This document shows positions 16,991 through 26,201 of a DNA stretch of 34,065 nucleotides, piece by piece. The position numbers and the translations under genes were made by a program. The stretch is from a virus. Its lineage: Duplodnaviria; Caudoviricetes. Below the pieces are notes generated by a model. That model saw nothing but the letters and a program-made list of their open reading frames with translations, did not search any database and was not told the DNA's origin. Location of the stretch: IMG/VR virus record IMGVR_UViG_3300020269_000023, positions 1 to 34,065 of that record; one strand, written 5' to 3'. Numbering within the stretch: position 1 is the first letter of the stretch; each line of letters opens with the position of its first letter.

Positions 16991-17557
16991 ATGAAAGAAG
17001 AACTTTTTAAAGAATTAGAAGCAGATGCGATGGATTTTGCAAAAGCTGACACAGAGAGTGTTAGTGATTTAACAACAATCATCAATGAAGCTGAAAAGTG
17101 TAGATTACAATTAGAAGAGGCTGAGAAGGCCGTCAAAGAGATTCGCAAAAGGTATGATGCTTATAAGTACGAGCGAATACCGAATCTAATGCAAGAGATG
17201 GGTGTCACGGAACTACAGGCTGGAGATACAAAAGTTAAATTAAGAAACTATGTATCTGCGCGTATGCCTAAAGACCCTGTATTAAAAGCAAAAGCGTTAG
17301 AACACTTGCGAGAACTTGGTAAAGGCGACTTTATCAAAAATGATGTGACAGCTACCTTTGGTGTTAATCAAGATGACCGAGCAATAAAATTACTTAGTGA
17401 GCTTGAGGGACACGGTTATGATGTTGCATCTAAAACTTGGGTCGAGCCACAGACTCTAAAAAAAGTGGTAAGGGAAAGTGTCGAGAATCGTGAAGGAATT
17501 AACTTAGATTTATTTGACGCAGTAATGGGAACTTACGTTGACATAAAAGGAACTTAA
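16991..17557 (+). CDS. Conserved phage replication-module protein (coiled-coil N-terminus)
   Basis: AAGGA SD. IP.LM.E.G, G.GD.IK and V.PQTLK..VRE pattern seen upstream of SSB genes in such phages. Confidence 0.75.
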   Translation: MKEELFKELEADAMDFAKADTESVSDLTTIINEAEKCRLQLEEAEKAVKEIRKRYDAYKYERIPNLMQEMGVTELQAGDTKVKLRNYVSARMPKDPVLKAKALEHLRELGKGDFIKNDVTATFGVNQDDRAIKLLSELEGHGYDVASKTWVEPQTLKKVVRESVENREGINLDLFDAVMGTYVDIKGT

Positions 17558-17558
17558 T

Positions 17559-18320
17559 ATGGAAAAAGCATTACAATCAATGTTAGAAGAAACCGCAAAC
17601 TTAGGTATGGAAGAGGTCACAGCAGATGACTTACAGATGCCATTTTTGCGAGTGGTACAAGCAATGTCACCTGAACTTAATAAAAAAGAAAGCGCATATA
17701 TCGAAGGCGTAAATCAGGGTGATATTTTTAATACAGTCACACGACAGTATTGGAAAGGTGATGAGGGTGTCATGGTGATACCTGTTTATTACCAACTTAA
17801 ATACTTGGAGTTTGTACCAAGAACCGCGGGTGGTGGTTTTGTAGGCGAGATAAACCCACAAGATCCACAGCTACAAGGTGTTGTTCGTGATGAGAACAAT
17901 CTTGAAATGTTAAAAAGTGGTAATGAGTTAGTAAAGACAGCGCAGCACTATGTAAAAATCGTTCATCAGAGAGGAAAAGATGAATATGATTTGGAAAGTG
18001 CAGTAGTCGACTTGAAAAAGACTGGCCTTAAAAAGTCTAGGAATTGGAACTCGATTATGTCGATGCAAAAAGTCAATGGTAAAACGATGGCTAGTTTTGC
18101 TAACATCTACACTCTTACTACCATATCGGAAGGGAATGATAAGGGTTCGTGGTTCACGTTAAACCCACAACATAAGATGGTCATACCGTCTATTGAGCTT
18201 CTTACTGAGTGCAAGGAGTTTCATCAGGCGATTTCTGACGGTCAAGTAAAACTGGCAATACCCAGCCAGGAGCCAGAATTACTTGAATCTTCGAAAGAAG
18301 CAGAAAACTCACCATTTTAG
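17559..18320 (+). CDS. Putative single-stranded DNA-binding protein
   Basis: DDLQMPFLRVVQAMSP N-terminal motif, acidic tail ending ENSPF, and position in the replication operon. Confidence 0.6.
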   Translation: MEKALQSMLEETANLGMEEVTADDLQMPFLRVVQAMSPELNKKESAYIEGVNQGDIFNTVTRQYWKGDEGVMVIPVYYQLKYLEFVPRTAGGGFVGEINPQDPQLQGVVRDENNLEMLKSGNELVKTAQHYVKIVHQRGKDEYDLESAVVDLKKTGLKKSRNWNSIMSMQKVNGKTMASFANIYTLTTISEGNDKGSWFTLNPQHKMVIPSIELLTECKEFHQAISDGQVKLAIPSQEPELLESSKEAENSPF

Positions 18321-18327
18321 TTGAGGT

Positions 18328-18372
18328 GTGTCCCCTCTTACTTTTCTCCTTTGCTAAGGGGGGACATTTTTT
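18328..18372 (+). terminator. Intrinsic terminator-like hairpin between SSB and primase
   Basis: TGTCCCCTCTTA...TAAGGGGGGACA stem followed by a T-run. Confidence 0.6.
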
Positions 18373-19902
18373 ATGAGTGTAACAAAATTTTTTAAAATAT
18401 TCAGTGGGTGTCAATCTGCACACGGTCAAACGAAAGTTTTAGATAGTGCGCGTAATGGCAAGATGAACGCACAAAGTTTTATTGTGAGGGCACCATTGAC
18501 TGAAGAATTAGTAAAAGAACATTTTAAAGGGACGCAAGGTATTGGTTCGATACCGATTGATGAGTCTAACAAATGTGTATTTGGCGCGTTAGACATTGAC
18601 GACTACAACTTAGACCTGATTGCGTTAAAAAATAAAATAGATAGATTAAAGCTACCATTGGTCGTGTGTCGATCAAAAAGTGGTGGCGCACATTGTTTTT
18701 TGTTTGTTAAAGAAAAGATATCGGCAGCTGAGATGCGTGACAAGTTAGCGGAGTTTGCTAGTGCGTTAGGTTTCGGAGGGTGTGAGATTTTTCCTAAACA
18801 AGAAGAAGTGAAGGTAGAACGGGGTGATGTGGGTAATTTTATTAACCTACCTTACTTCAATGCAAAATATCCTACTCGATACGCGATTAATAAAAATGGT
18901 GATGCTTACACGTTAGATGAGTTTTTCGAACAGGTAGACCATTTTATGATGACACCTAAAGAGCTATCTGAATTTCAAATACATGACGATAATAATTTAT
19001 TACCGCATGGGCCACCATGTCTTCAACAGCTAACAGAGTTTGGCATTCCTGAGGGTGGACGTAATCAGACGCTATTAAATATAGGCATCTATTACAAAAT
19101 GGCTAACCCTAGCGACTGGAAAGAGAAATTAGAGGCGCATAACCAAAATTACTCTAATCCACCATTACCCGCAAAAGAGATAGTGGATATTCAAGGTAGG
19201 CTCGATAAGAAAGATTATTACTATTTATGTAAGCAAGAGCCGTTGTGTAGCCACTGTAATCGAGGTTTATGCCGTAATCGAAAGTTTGGTATTGGTAGTA
19301 ATCAAGCGTTTCCAATACTGGGAGGATTAACAGTAGTCGAGTCAGAACCACCTGTCTGGTTTGTTGATGTCGATGGAGCAAGATTGGAGTTAACTACGAA
19401 GCAGTTACAGATGCAGTTAGAGTTTCAACGGGCGTGTATGGAACAAACTTATCGAATGCCTGTTCGCATGAAAGATAATGACTGGCGAGATTTAGTAGAC
19501 AACTTGTTAGACAGTGCGACTCGTATCTCAGTTCCTGAGGAACTAACACAGAAAGGTCTATTTAATGAGTTGTTAGAAATGTTTTGCACCAGTAGGCTTC
19601 GAGGCACGAGTCCTGAGGAGTTACTCACAGGCAAACCTTGGACCGATGAAGGTTATACCTACTTTAAACTAGGTGCATTACAAGAGCATCTTAAACGGCA
19701 TGGGTTTACTAACTACACTCGAGGCCAAATCACAGAGCGTCTTAAAGAGCTGAATAACGGTGCGACAGCAGACAAAGAGTATCGGTTTAAAGATTCTCGA
19801 GACAAATGGCGTAAAGTCAGGGTTTGGTTTATTCCAGAAATAAAAAGGGGGGAGGTTGAGCTACCAGAAGTTTCTTTCAGTAACGATGAAATTCCGTTTT
19901 AG
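18373..19902 (+). CDS. Primase (AEP/prim-pol type with PriCT-like region)
   Basis: GALDIDDY (DxD), RSKSGGAH, GNFINLPY, PPCL, EGGRNQTL and a Cys cluster. Confidence 0.8.
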   Translation: MSVTKFFKIFSGCQSAHGQTKVLDSARNGKMNAQSFIVRAPLTEELVKEHFKGTQGIGSIPIDESNKCVFGALDIDDYNLDLIALKNKIDRLKLPLVVCRSKSGGAHCFLFVKEKISAAEMRDKLAEFASALGFGGCEIFPKQEEVKVERGDVGNFINLPYFNAKYPTRYAINKNGDAYTLDEFFEQVDHFMMTPKELSEFQIHDDNNLLPHGPPCLQQLTEFGIPEGGRNQTLLNIGIYYKMANPSDWKEKLEAHNQNYSNPPLPAKEIVDIQGRLDKKDYYYLCKQEPLCSHCNRGLCRNRKFGIGSNQAFPILGGLTVVESEPPVWFVDVDGARLELTTKQLQMQLEFQRACMEQTYRMPVRMKDNDWRDLVDNLLDSATRISVPEELTQKGLFNELLEMFCTSRLRGTSPEELLTGKPWTDEGYTYFKLGALQEHLKRHGFTNYTRGQITERLKELNNGATADKEYRFKDSRDKWRKVRVWFIPEIKRGEVELPEVSFSNDEIPF

Positions 19903-19937
19903 TTAAAATTAAATTAACATTCGCATTAAAATTAGAT

Positions 19938-19966
19938 TTGCTTATGTGTTTCTATTGTGATAGAAT
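19938..19966 (+). promoter_or_regulatory. Sigma70-type promoter with extended -10
   Basis: TTGCTT-N17-TAGAAT, with TGn before the -10 box. Confidence 0.7.
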
Positions 19967-20030
19967 AGGTATAAGTGGTAATAAAACCACTTAATAAATA
20001 ATTTTAATTTAATTACTTTAGGAGAGTATT

Positions 20031-20456
20031 ATGAAAGAATGTGAATGGCATAGGCTAGTTGATAGTAAGTGGCAAAAACTAGAACAAGAGTTAGGCTCTT
20101 TGCATATTCCAACTGAAAAAGAAGCTATTAACGGTGTGAAAAGATTGTATCGACATATCATGAAAAAACCGTTTGAAGGTCGAGTTGAAGTTGCGAAAAA
20201 AAGAAACCAACGCACTTGGATTAGATATAAAACTACTAGATTTGACGGTTATTCCAGAACAGAAAGGGTATTAACTGTAAGTCCAAAATACCAAAATTTC
20301 TGGCACAGTGGTTGGTCTGCAATAATTCATGATCTATCGCACTGCATTCATCGTGAAAAAAACCCAACACTAAGACCTCATCATCACTATCAGTTACGGA
20401 TAGAAAAAGAAATGACTGATTACGCGATTAAATATGAGTTTCATAAATCTAAGTAA
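20031..20456 (+). CDS. Hypothetical protein with an HDxxH zincin-like motif
   Basis: AGGAG SD. AIIHDLSHCIH...RPHH resembles the SprT-like HExxH...H arrangement. Confidence 0.7.
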   Translation: MKECEWHRLVDSKWQKLEQELGSLHIPTEKEAINGVKRLYRHIMKKPFEGRVEVAKKRNQRTWIRYKTTRFDGYSRTERVLTVSPKYQNFWHSGWSAIIHDLSHCIHREKNPTLRPHHHYQLRIEKEMTDYAIKYEFHKSK

Positions 20457-20466
20457 GTGGTTTAAC

Positions 20467-20490
20467 GGGCGGGGCAACCCGCCCACTTTT
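20467..20490 (+). terminator. Intrinsic terminator
   Basis: GGGCGGG-GCAA-CCCGCCC (GNRA loop) followed by ACTTTT. Confidence 0.7.
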
Positions 20491-20503
20491 AAAGGAGAAA
20501 GAC

Positions 20504-20734
20504 ATGGAAATGTATCAAGAAGTTAATGGTCAGTTAGTTCAGTGGGAATGGAAAGATAAAAAGAAACAGTTTTATGAAACTTGGTTACCTAAAGCCAAAG
20601 ACATAAACATCATTACAAAAGTAAGTGATGATGTTAAGAAAGAAGCGATTCGAGAAATCATGGTCGCAGTGGAAGAAGAGAATGATCAGGTTAGAGCAAT
20701 GTTAAAACAGAGAAGGAAAAATAAAAATGTTTAA
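20504..20734 (+). CDS. Hypothetical protein
   Basis: AAGGAG SD. Confidence 0.75.
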   Translation: MEMYQEVNGQLVQWEWKDKKKQFYETWLPKAKDINIITKVSDDVKKEAIREIMVAVEEENDQVRAMLKQRRKNKNV

Positions 20735-20981
20735 CGAAAACGTAAAAATTGAAAAAGGCATAGAGCCACCTAAAAACCTATCGGTTAAAAATAGGGTTAA
20801 ATATGACTGGGATAGCATAGAGGTGGGAGATAGTTTTATTTTTGAAAAATCAAAACAGTCATCGATAATAGGATCTTTTAGAAACTGGCAAAATAAAGAT
20901 AAAGCAAGACTTAAATTTAGACTTAGATCATTTACCATTTCTGAAGACCAAGTTCGTTTTTTCTTTGAAGAAAAAGAATGA
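20727..20981 (+). CDS. Small putative DNA-binding protein
   Basis: IEKGIEPP...KYDW..IEVGDSF pattern of a common small phage family. Confidence 0.7.
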   Translation: MFNENVKIEKGIEPPKNLSVKNRVKYDWDSIEVGDSFIFEKSKQSSIIGSFRNWQNKDKARLKFRLRSFTISEDQVRFFFEEKE

Positions 20982-22510
20982 AACAAATAGAGAGAACCAT
21001 ACTTGGACCACCAGGCTGTGGTAAGACTCACACTAACACTTTATTAATAAAGCAGTGTATCGAAGATGGCATCGCACCACAGAGGATAGCTTGTGTATCG
21101 TTTACTCGAAAGGCTGCACAAGAAAGTAGAGAGCGAGTCTGTCGAGACTTAGGTATAAGCGACAAAGATTTACCTTACTTCCAAACCTTACACTCGATGG
21201 CTTTTCGCACAGGTGACTATAAGAAAGAAGATGTTATTAGAGGTAAAGACCTTTGGACCGTGGGCAGTGCGACAGGTGTAGCGTTCAATGGTAAAGAGAC
21301 ATCAGAGATTGAATCAGACTTCGATGTGATTGGCATCTCGAAAGGCGATCAGTATTTAAATGTTTATCAGTTAGGCCGTAATAAACGATTATCATTAGAT
21401 GAGTCGTTTCGTTTGTTTGCTTCATACTCTTTGAACTGGGTAGAGTTTTTGCGTTTGGTTAAGGCTTACGAAAGTTATAAGAGAGCTAATAACAAAGTAG
21501 ACTTTACAGACATGATTGAAAGGTTCATTGACCGTGGTCAGCCTATCGATATCGAAGCGTTGTTTGTTGATGAAGCACAAGACTTATCGACTTTGCAGTG
21601 GGACATGATAGAGGTGTTAAGACGTAGACCTAGAATTAAATATTTTACAGGGGACGACGACCAAGCGATTATGGGTTTTCAAGGGGCAGACGTTGGTCGT
21701 TTTTTAAACGCAACTAAAGACAAACAAGTATTAGAAAAAAGTTATCGTTTACCCAAACAGCCGTGGCATGAGGCGCAACGTATCGTTAGCCGAATACATA
21801 ATAGGGCACCTAAGTCTTGGAATCCGCGCTCTGACAACGGCTCTGTGCGTTGGCATCAGTCATTACAGGACATCCCGTTACATGAAGGTGAATGGACGAT
21901 CATGGGTCGCACCAATCATATCGTGTCAGGTTATGCAAACATGTTACGAGATGACGGTATTGTATTTTCACGCAATGGTAGGCTGTCTATATCGCAAAAG
22001 ACATATGACGCAGTGCAGAACTGGCAAGCGTTAATAACAGGGGCACCTATCACAGCGAAACAGATTAGAGACATTTATAGCTTTATGAGTAGTGGCGTTG
22101 GTTTTAAAAGAGGTTATGGGCCACGGTCTAAAGCACTATTAGCTTTAGATGAGCAAATGGAAATAACGTATGAGTATGCTGTACAATCGTTAGGTTTGAT
22201 GGTAGACAGAGGTAAAGATTGGAACTTTGCCTTGGATAAACTTGACACAGATACTCAAGTGTATATCCTAAGTGCTTTAAAACGTGGAGAAAACTTAGAC
22301 TCTCCTCGCATAAAATTAAGCACCATACATTCTATGAAAGGTGGAGAAAATGAAAACATTGTGGTTATACCAGACTTATCACCCGCAGCTTATCAAAGCT
22401 ACATGCACAACCCAGACATCGAACATCGCATCTATTACGTAGCGGTGACTCGTTCTAAAAGCACACTTCACTTTATCGAACCGCAAACAAATAGGTTTTA
22501 CACAATCTAA
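20978..22510 (+). CDS. UvrD/Rep-like SF1 helicase
   Basis: GPPGCGKT, VSFTRKAA, VDEAQD, GDDDQAI, SYRLP, TIHSMKGGE and YVAVTR motifs. Confidence 0.92.
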   Translation: MKQIERTILGPPGCGKTHTNTLLIKQCIEDGIAPQRIACVSFTRKAAQESRERVCRDLGISDKDLPYFQTLHSMAFRTGDYKKEDVIRGKDLWTVGSATGVAFNGKETSEIESDFDVIGISKGDQYLNVYQLGRNKRLSLDESFRLFASYSLNWVEFLRLVKAYESYKRANNKVDFTDMIERFIDRGQPIDIEALFVDEAQDLSTLQWDMIEVLRRRPRIKYFTGDDDQAIMGFQGADVGRFLNATKDKQVLEKSYRLPKQPWHEAQRIVSRIHNRAPKSWNPRSDNGSVRWHQSLQDIPLHEGEWTIMGRTNHIVSGYANMLRDDGIVFSRNGRLSISQKTYDAVQNWQALITGAPITAKQIRDIYSFMSSGVGFKRGYGPRSKALLALDEQMEITYEYAVQSLGLMVDRGKDWNFALDKLDTDTQVYILSALKRGENLDSPRIKLSTIHSMKGGENENIVVIPDLSPAAYQSYMHNPDIEHRIYYVAVTRSKSTLHFIEPQTNRFYTI

Positions 22511-24435
22511 TGCAAGAAGAACTAATATTTGACGAAAAAGTATGGACACCACCAGAGTCTTTCCCAGACTTATCTCAAGAAAAATTATTAGCCATAGACG
22601 TAGAAACTAAAGATCCTAACCTTACTACTAAGGGTGCAGGGTGGTTCAGGGACGATGGGCACCTCATAGGCATCGCTGTAGCGTCTAAAGAGCGACAATG
22701 GTATTTTCCCATGCGCCATGAAGGTAGAGGCAATCTCAGCCCAAATTTGGTGGCTTCTTGGCTATGTGACCAGTTATCACACGGTATGGACGTGGTAATG
22801 CACAACGCTCAGTACGATTTAGGGTGGTTACATCATGAAGGGATCACGGTTCATGGTTCAGTGTTCGACACGATGGTAGCAGCAGCATTGCTTGACGAGA
22901 ATAGGTTTAGCTACTCGTTAGATGCGTTAGGTAGCACATACATAGGTAAAAGAAAGGCTAATTTAGAGTTAAATACCACGGCTAGTCAGCATGGGGTCGA
23001 TGCGAAGAAAGAAATGTGGCGATTACCTGCCGCTCGAGTAGCCAATTATGCCGAGACAGATGCCAGAATCACTTATGATCTATGGTCGGTGTTGCATCAA
23101 AAATTAATACAGGACGACTGCAAGAATATTTTAACTTTGGAACTGGCACTGATACCTATCATTTTCGAGATGAGAAAAAAGGGTATACGCATAGATTTAG
23201 AACAAGCAGAAAAAACTAAAAAGGTTTTGGAGACAAAGGAGAAAAAACTTCTACAAGAAGTAAAAAAAGAAGTAGGCTTTTTTATAGAGCCTTGGAACGC
23301 AACAAGTCTAGCAAAGGCTTTCGATACATTGGGGTTAGAGTATGAAAGAACGCAAAAATCAAATGCACCAAGTTTCACGAAACATTTTCTTAGCAACCAC
23401 GAACATCCTATCGCACAGAAAATTCTTGAAATTAGAGAATTTAACAAAGCGAACACTACCTTTATCGACACTATTTTATCTCATCAGCATAATGGCCGCA
23501 TTCATTGTGAGTTTAACCAACTTCGTAGTGAAGTAGGGGGCACCGTCACTGGTAGGTTTTCATCGAGCCATCCTAACTTACAGCAAGTTCCTGCTAGGCA
23601 TCCTGAGATAAAAAAGATGATACGAGGTTTGTTTTTACCTGAAGAGGGTAAACTGTGGGGTAGTTTTGATTACTCTGCACAAGAACCACGGTGGTTGATG
23701 CACTATGTAAGTTTAACACCTACGACCAAAGACGATCATCGGGTGCAAGAAATAATTAAACAGTATCACCAAGAAGACTTTGACTTTCATCAAATGGTAG
23801 CTGATTTAGCAGGAGTAGAAAGAACAATAGCTAAAACAATTAATTTAGGCATTATGTATGGCATGGGGTTAGGTAAATTATCTAATGTGTTAGGCGACAT
23901 ATCTATGGGAGAAACAAAAGAGATACGAAATGACTATGATGATAAAGTGCCATTCATACGTGAAATAGCTAACGCTGTGTCTAAAGCAGCGGAGTCTCGT
24001 AAAGAGATTCGAACATTATTAGGCCGTAAATGTAGGTTTCCGATGCGAGAGAAGGGTGTGTATGGCAGTAAAAGCTCAGAGTTTTTGCATGTGGATAGAT
24101 TGGAAAGGGAGTGGAAAGCAATACTTGATGTGCCGATAGAAGAACGAGAAAAAGACTGGGAATATCGAAACCCTAAGTTTTTTAGGGTGGCTAATACTTA
24201 CAAAGCTCTAAATCGTTTGATACAAGCGTCTAGTGCAGATCAAACTAAACAAGCGTTATTAAACTGCTATAACGAGGGTTTTACCCCAATGTTGACTGTG
24301 CATGATGAATTATGCTTTTCTATAGATGAGGAAGATATAGGTAAAATTAAGGATTTGATGGAAAATTGCGTTAAGATGCAAGTGCCGTCAAAAATAGATG
24401 TAGGACTAGGAGAAAACTGGGGAGAGACAAAATGA
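22510..24435 (+). CDS. polA: Family A DNA polymerase with 3'-5' exonuclease
   Basis: Exonuclease motifs IDVET, HNAQYD and YAETDA. Polymerase motifs TGRFSS..PNLQQ, FDYSAQEPR, AKTINLGIMYG and TVHDEL. Confidence 0.95.
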   Translation: MQEELIFDEKVWTPPESFPDLSQEKLLAIDVETKDPNLTTKGAGWFRDDGHLIGIAVASKERQWYFPMRHEGRGNLSPNLVASWLCDQLSHGMDVVMHNAQYDLGWLHHEGITVHGSVFDTMVAAALLDENRFSYSLDALGSTYIGKRKANLELNTTASQHGVDAKKEMWRLPAARVANYAETDARITYDLWSVLHQKLIQDDCKNILTLELALIPIIFEMRKKGIRIDLEQAEKTKKVLETKEKKLLQEVKKEVGFFIEPWNATSLAKAFDTLGLEYERTQKSNAPSFTKHFLSNHEHPIAQKILEIREFNKANTTFIDTILSHQHNGRIHCEFNQLRSEVGGTVTGRFSSSHPNLQQVPARHPEIKKMIRGLFLPEEGKLWGSFDYSAQEPRWLMHYVSLTPTTKDDHRVQEIIKQYHQEDFDFHQMVADLAGVERTIAKTINLGIMYGMGLGKLSNVLGDISMGETKEIRNDYDDKVPFIREIANAVSKAAESRKEIRTLLGRKCRFPMREKGVYGSKSSEFLHVDRLEREWKAILDVPIEEREKDWEYRNPKFFRVANTYKALNRLIQASSADQTKQALLNCYNEGFTPMLTVHDELCFSIDEEDIGKIKDLMENCVKMQVPSKIDVGLGENWGETK

Positions 24436-24590
24436 TAAAAAATTTATGGTTTAATTTATTTATGGTAGTGTATTTATTTTTTGCAGCATTGACGATAATA
24501 TTTTGTGGTATTGTAGGTGTAATAATTACCACTTTATTAAATTTTAAGGGGTGTAACGATAGTGGCCAGAAGTCCATCACCAAGACCTAG
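24432..24590 (+). CDS. Small membrane peptide (52 aa)
   Basis: Not in the track. ATGA overlap with the polA stop, GGAG SD; MIKNLWFNLFMVVYLFFAALTIIFCGIVGVIITTLL.... Confidence 0.5.
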   Translation: MIKNLWFNLFMVVYLFFAALTIIFCGIVGVIITTLLNFKGCNDSGQKSITKT

Positions 24591-24879
24591 AAGACAAAAA
24601 AATATAGCCAGAACTACTACTGGTAAAAACCCTAACTTTCGCCCCACTAAAAAGGGCGCAGGTATGACGGCAAAGGGCGTTAAAGAATACCGCAAAAAAA
24701 ACCCTGGCTCTAAATTACAAACTGCGGTAACAGGCAAAGTTAAACCTGGCAGTAAGGCAGCTAAAAGGCGTAAATCATTTTGCGCTAGGTCGTTGGGTCA
24801 ACTCAAAAAATCATCAGCAAAGACAAGGAACAATCCTAATTCTCGTATTCGACAAGCGAGAAGACGTTGGAAATGTTAG
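24562..24879 (+). CDS. Basic conserved phage protein (DUF6321-like)
   Basis: KNPGSKL..., RRKSFCAR and RRRWKC motifs; very K/R-rich. Confidence 0.75.
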   Translation: MARSPSPRPRRQKNIARTTTGKNPNFRPTKKGAGMTAKGVKEYRKKNPGSKLQTAVTGKVKPGSKAAKRRKSFCARSLGQLKKSSAKTRNNPNSRIRQARRRWKC

Positions 24880-24880
24880 T

Positions 24881-25435
24881 ATGGAAGACGACATTCTTGA
24901 GGCTAATATCCGTAGTGAGATACGCGATTGGTCAAAAACAGCATTAGAAGTGCCAAATAAAGAGTATAACGACTTTCCTGTGTGCCCGTTCGCAGCTAAG
25001 GCTTGGAGCGACAATAAGGTTGATATTCAGTTTAAATATAGTTGCTCTCCAGAAGTTTTTTACGAAATTCTATCTAATTACAACGATAAATATGAATTAG
25101 TAATCTTAGTTGACTTTGAATATGACGAAGAGCCAGAGCGATTTTATGAATATTTAGATGGCATGAATGAGTGCATATCAAATGCTAATTTTACCGATAG
25201 GGACTTATATGTTATGGGTTTTCACCCAGACGATGAGGCAAATCCAATCATAGATCATGAGGGTTTTGAACAAACAGTGGATGTGAGCTATGCTATGATT
25301 TTTATACAAAGATTAAGTTTACTCTATAAATCATCACAAAAGTTGAGTATGCTTAATTACTATAAAAGAGAAAGCGGTGATTACGAAGCGGAAACTATTA
25401 TGAAACGTAGAAAAGAGTTATATAGGAGACTATAA
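24881..25435 (+). CDS. DUF1415-like protein
   Basis: CPFA, GFHPDD and IFIQR motifs. Confidence 0.65.
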   Translation: MEDDILEANIRSEIRDWSKTALEVPNKEYNDFPVCPFAAKAWSDNKVDIQFKYSCSPEVFYEILSNYNDKYELVILVDFEYDEEPERFYEYLDGMNECISNANFTDRDLYVMGFHPDDEANPIIDHEGFEQTVDVSYAMIFIQRLSLLYKSSQKLSMLNYYKRESGDYEAETIMKRRKELYRRL

Positions 25436-25436
25436 A

Positions 25437-25649
25437 ATGCCTGGTATGAGAAAAACTGGTATGCGCGGTGGCGGTATGAAAACTAAAATGAAGCGTGGTG
25501 GTGTTAAAAAAACTGGCATGAAGCGTGGTGGTGTTAAAAAAACTGGCATGAAGCGTGGCGGTGTTAAGAAGACAGGTATGCGCGGTGGCGGTATGAAAAC
25601 TAAAGTCACAATGAAACGTGGCGGTGCTATGAAGAGAAAGAGAAAGTAA
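25437..25649 (+). CDS. Protamine-like K/R/G/M-rich repeat peptide
   Basis: AGGAG SD. MKRGGVKKTG x3 encoded by a 30-nt tandem repeat (25488-25577) with synonymous variation. Confidence 0.8.
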   Translation: MPGMRKTGMRGGGMKTKMKRGGVKKTGMKRGGVKKTGMKRGGVKKTGMRGGGMKTKVTMKRGGAMKRKRK

Positions 25650-25650
25650 T

Positions 25651-25848
25651 ATGCCTCCTAGAACTAAAAGCAAAACTACTAAAAAGAAGTCTACGACAAA
25701 AAGTGGTGCTAAACCAACTAACCCTGCTTTATACGCAAGAGTAAAAGCAGAGGCGAAGCGTAAGTTTAATGTTTATCCATCAGCTTACGCTAATGCTTGG
25801 TTAGTTCGTACTTACAAAAAACGTGGTGGCGGATACAGGTCTAAGTAA
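25651..25848 (+). CDS. Basic conserved phage protein (DUF5872-like)
   Basis: NPALYARVKAEAK.KF.VYPSAYANAWLV..YKKRGG. Confidence 0.75.
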   Translation: MPPRTKSKTTKKKSTTKSGAKPTNPALYARVKAEAKRKFNVYPSAYANAWLVRTYKKRGGGYRSK

Positions 25849-26201
25849 TGGCTAAACCTAAAGGCGGTTTAACGGAGTGGTTTGGTAAAGGCCCTAAAGG
25901 TGATTGGGTCGATATTGGCGCACCTAAAAAAGATGGAAAGTTTCAGTCTTGCGGTAGAAAATCTACAAAGACCAGTAAAAGAAAATATCCTAAATGTGTG
26001 CCTCGATCTAAAGCTAGGAGCATGAGCAAAGAACAAATTACTAGTGCTGTTCGTAGAAAAAGAGCTAAGGCTCAAGGCGTGGGAGGTAAACCTACAAATG
26101 TCAAAACTTTTAAAGCGAAAGCAGGTGGTTTAGCAAGTAAGATTGCGATAGGTTGTGGAGCAATAATGGACAATAGGCGTAAAAAAACTAAATACGCTTA
26201 G
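25848..26201 (+). CDS. Basic conserved phage protein
   Basis: GGLTEWF..WVDI...CGR...YPKCVP motif and TAATG coupling. Confidence 0.75.
   Translation: MAKPKGGLTEWFGKGPKGDWVDIGAPKKDGKFQSCGRKSTKTSKRKYPKCVPRSKARSMSKEQITSAVRRKRAKAQGVGGKPTNVKTFKAKAGGLASKIAIGCGAIMDNRRKKTKYA

Noticed and set aside
16873-17148. 91-aa minus-strand ORF crossing the array
   Set aside because: Antisense shadow of the 16991 gene; its tail (LTLPKQTVPYLT...) simply reads the repeat.
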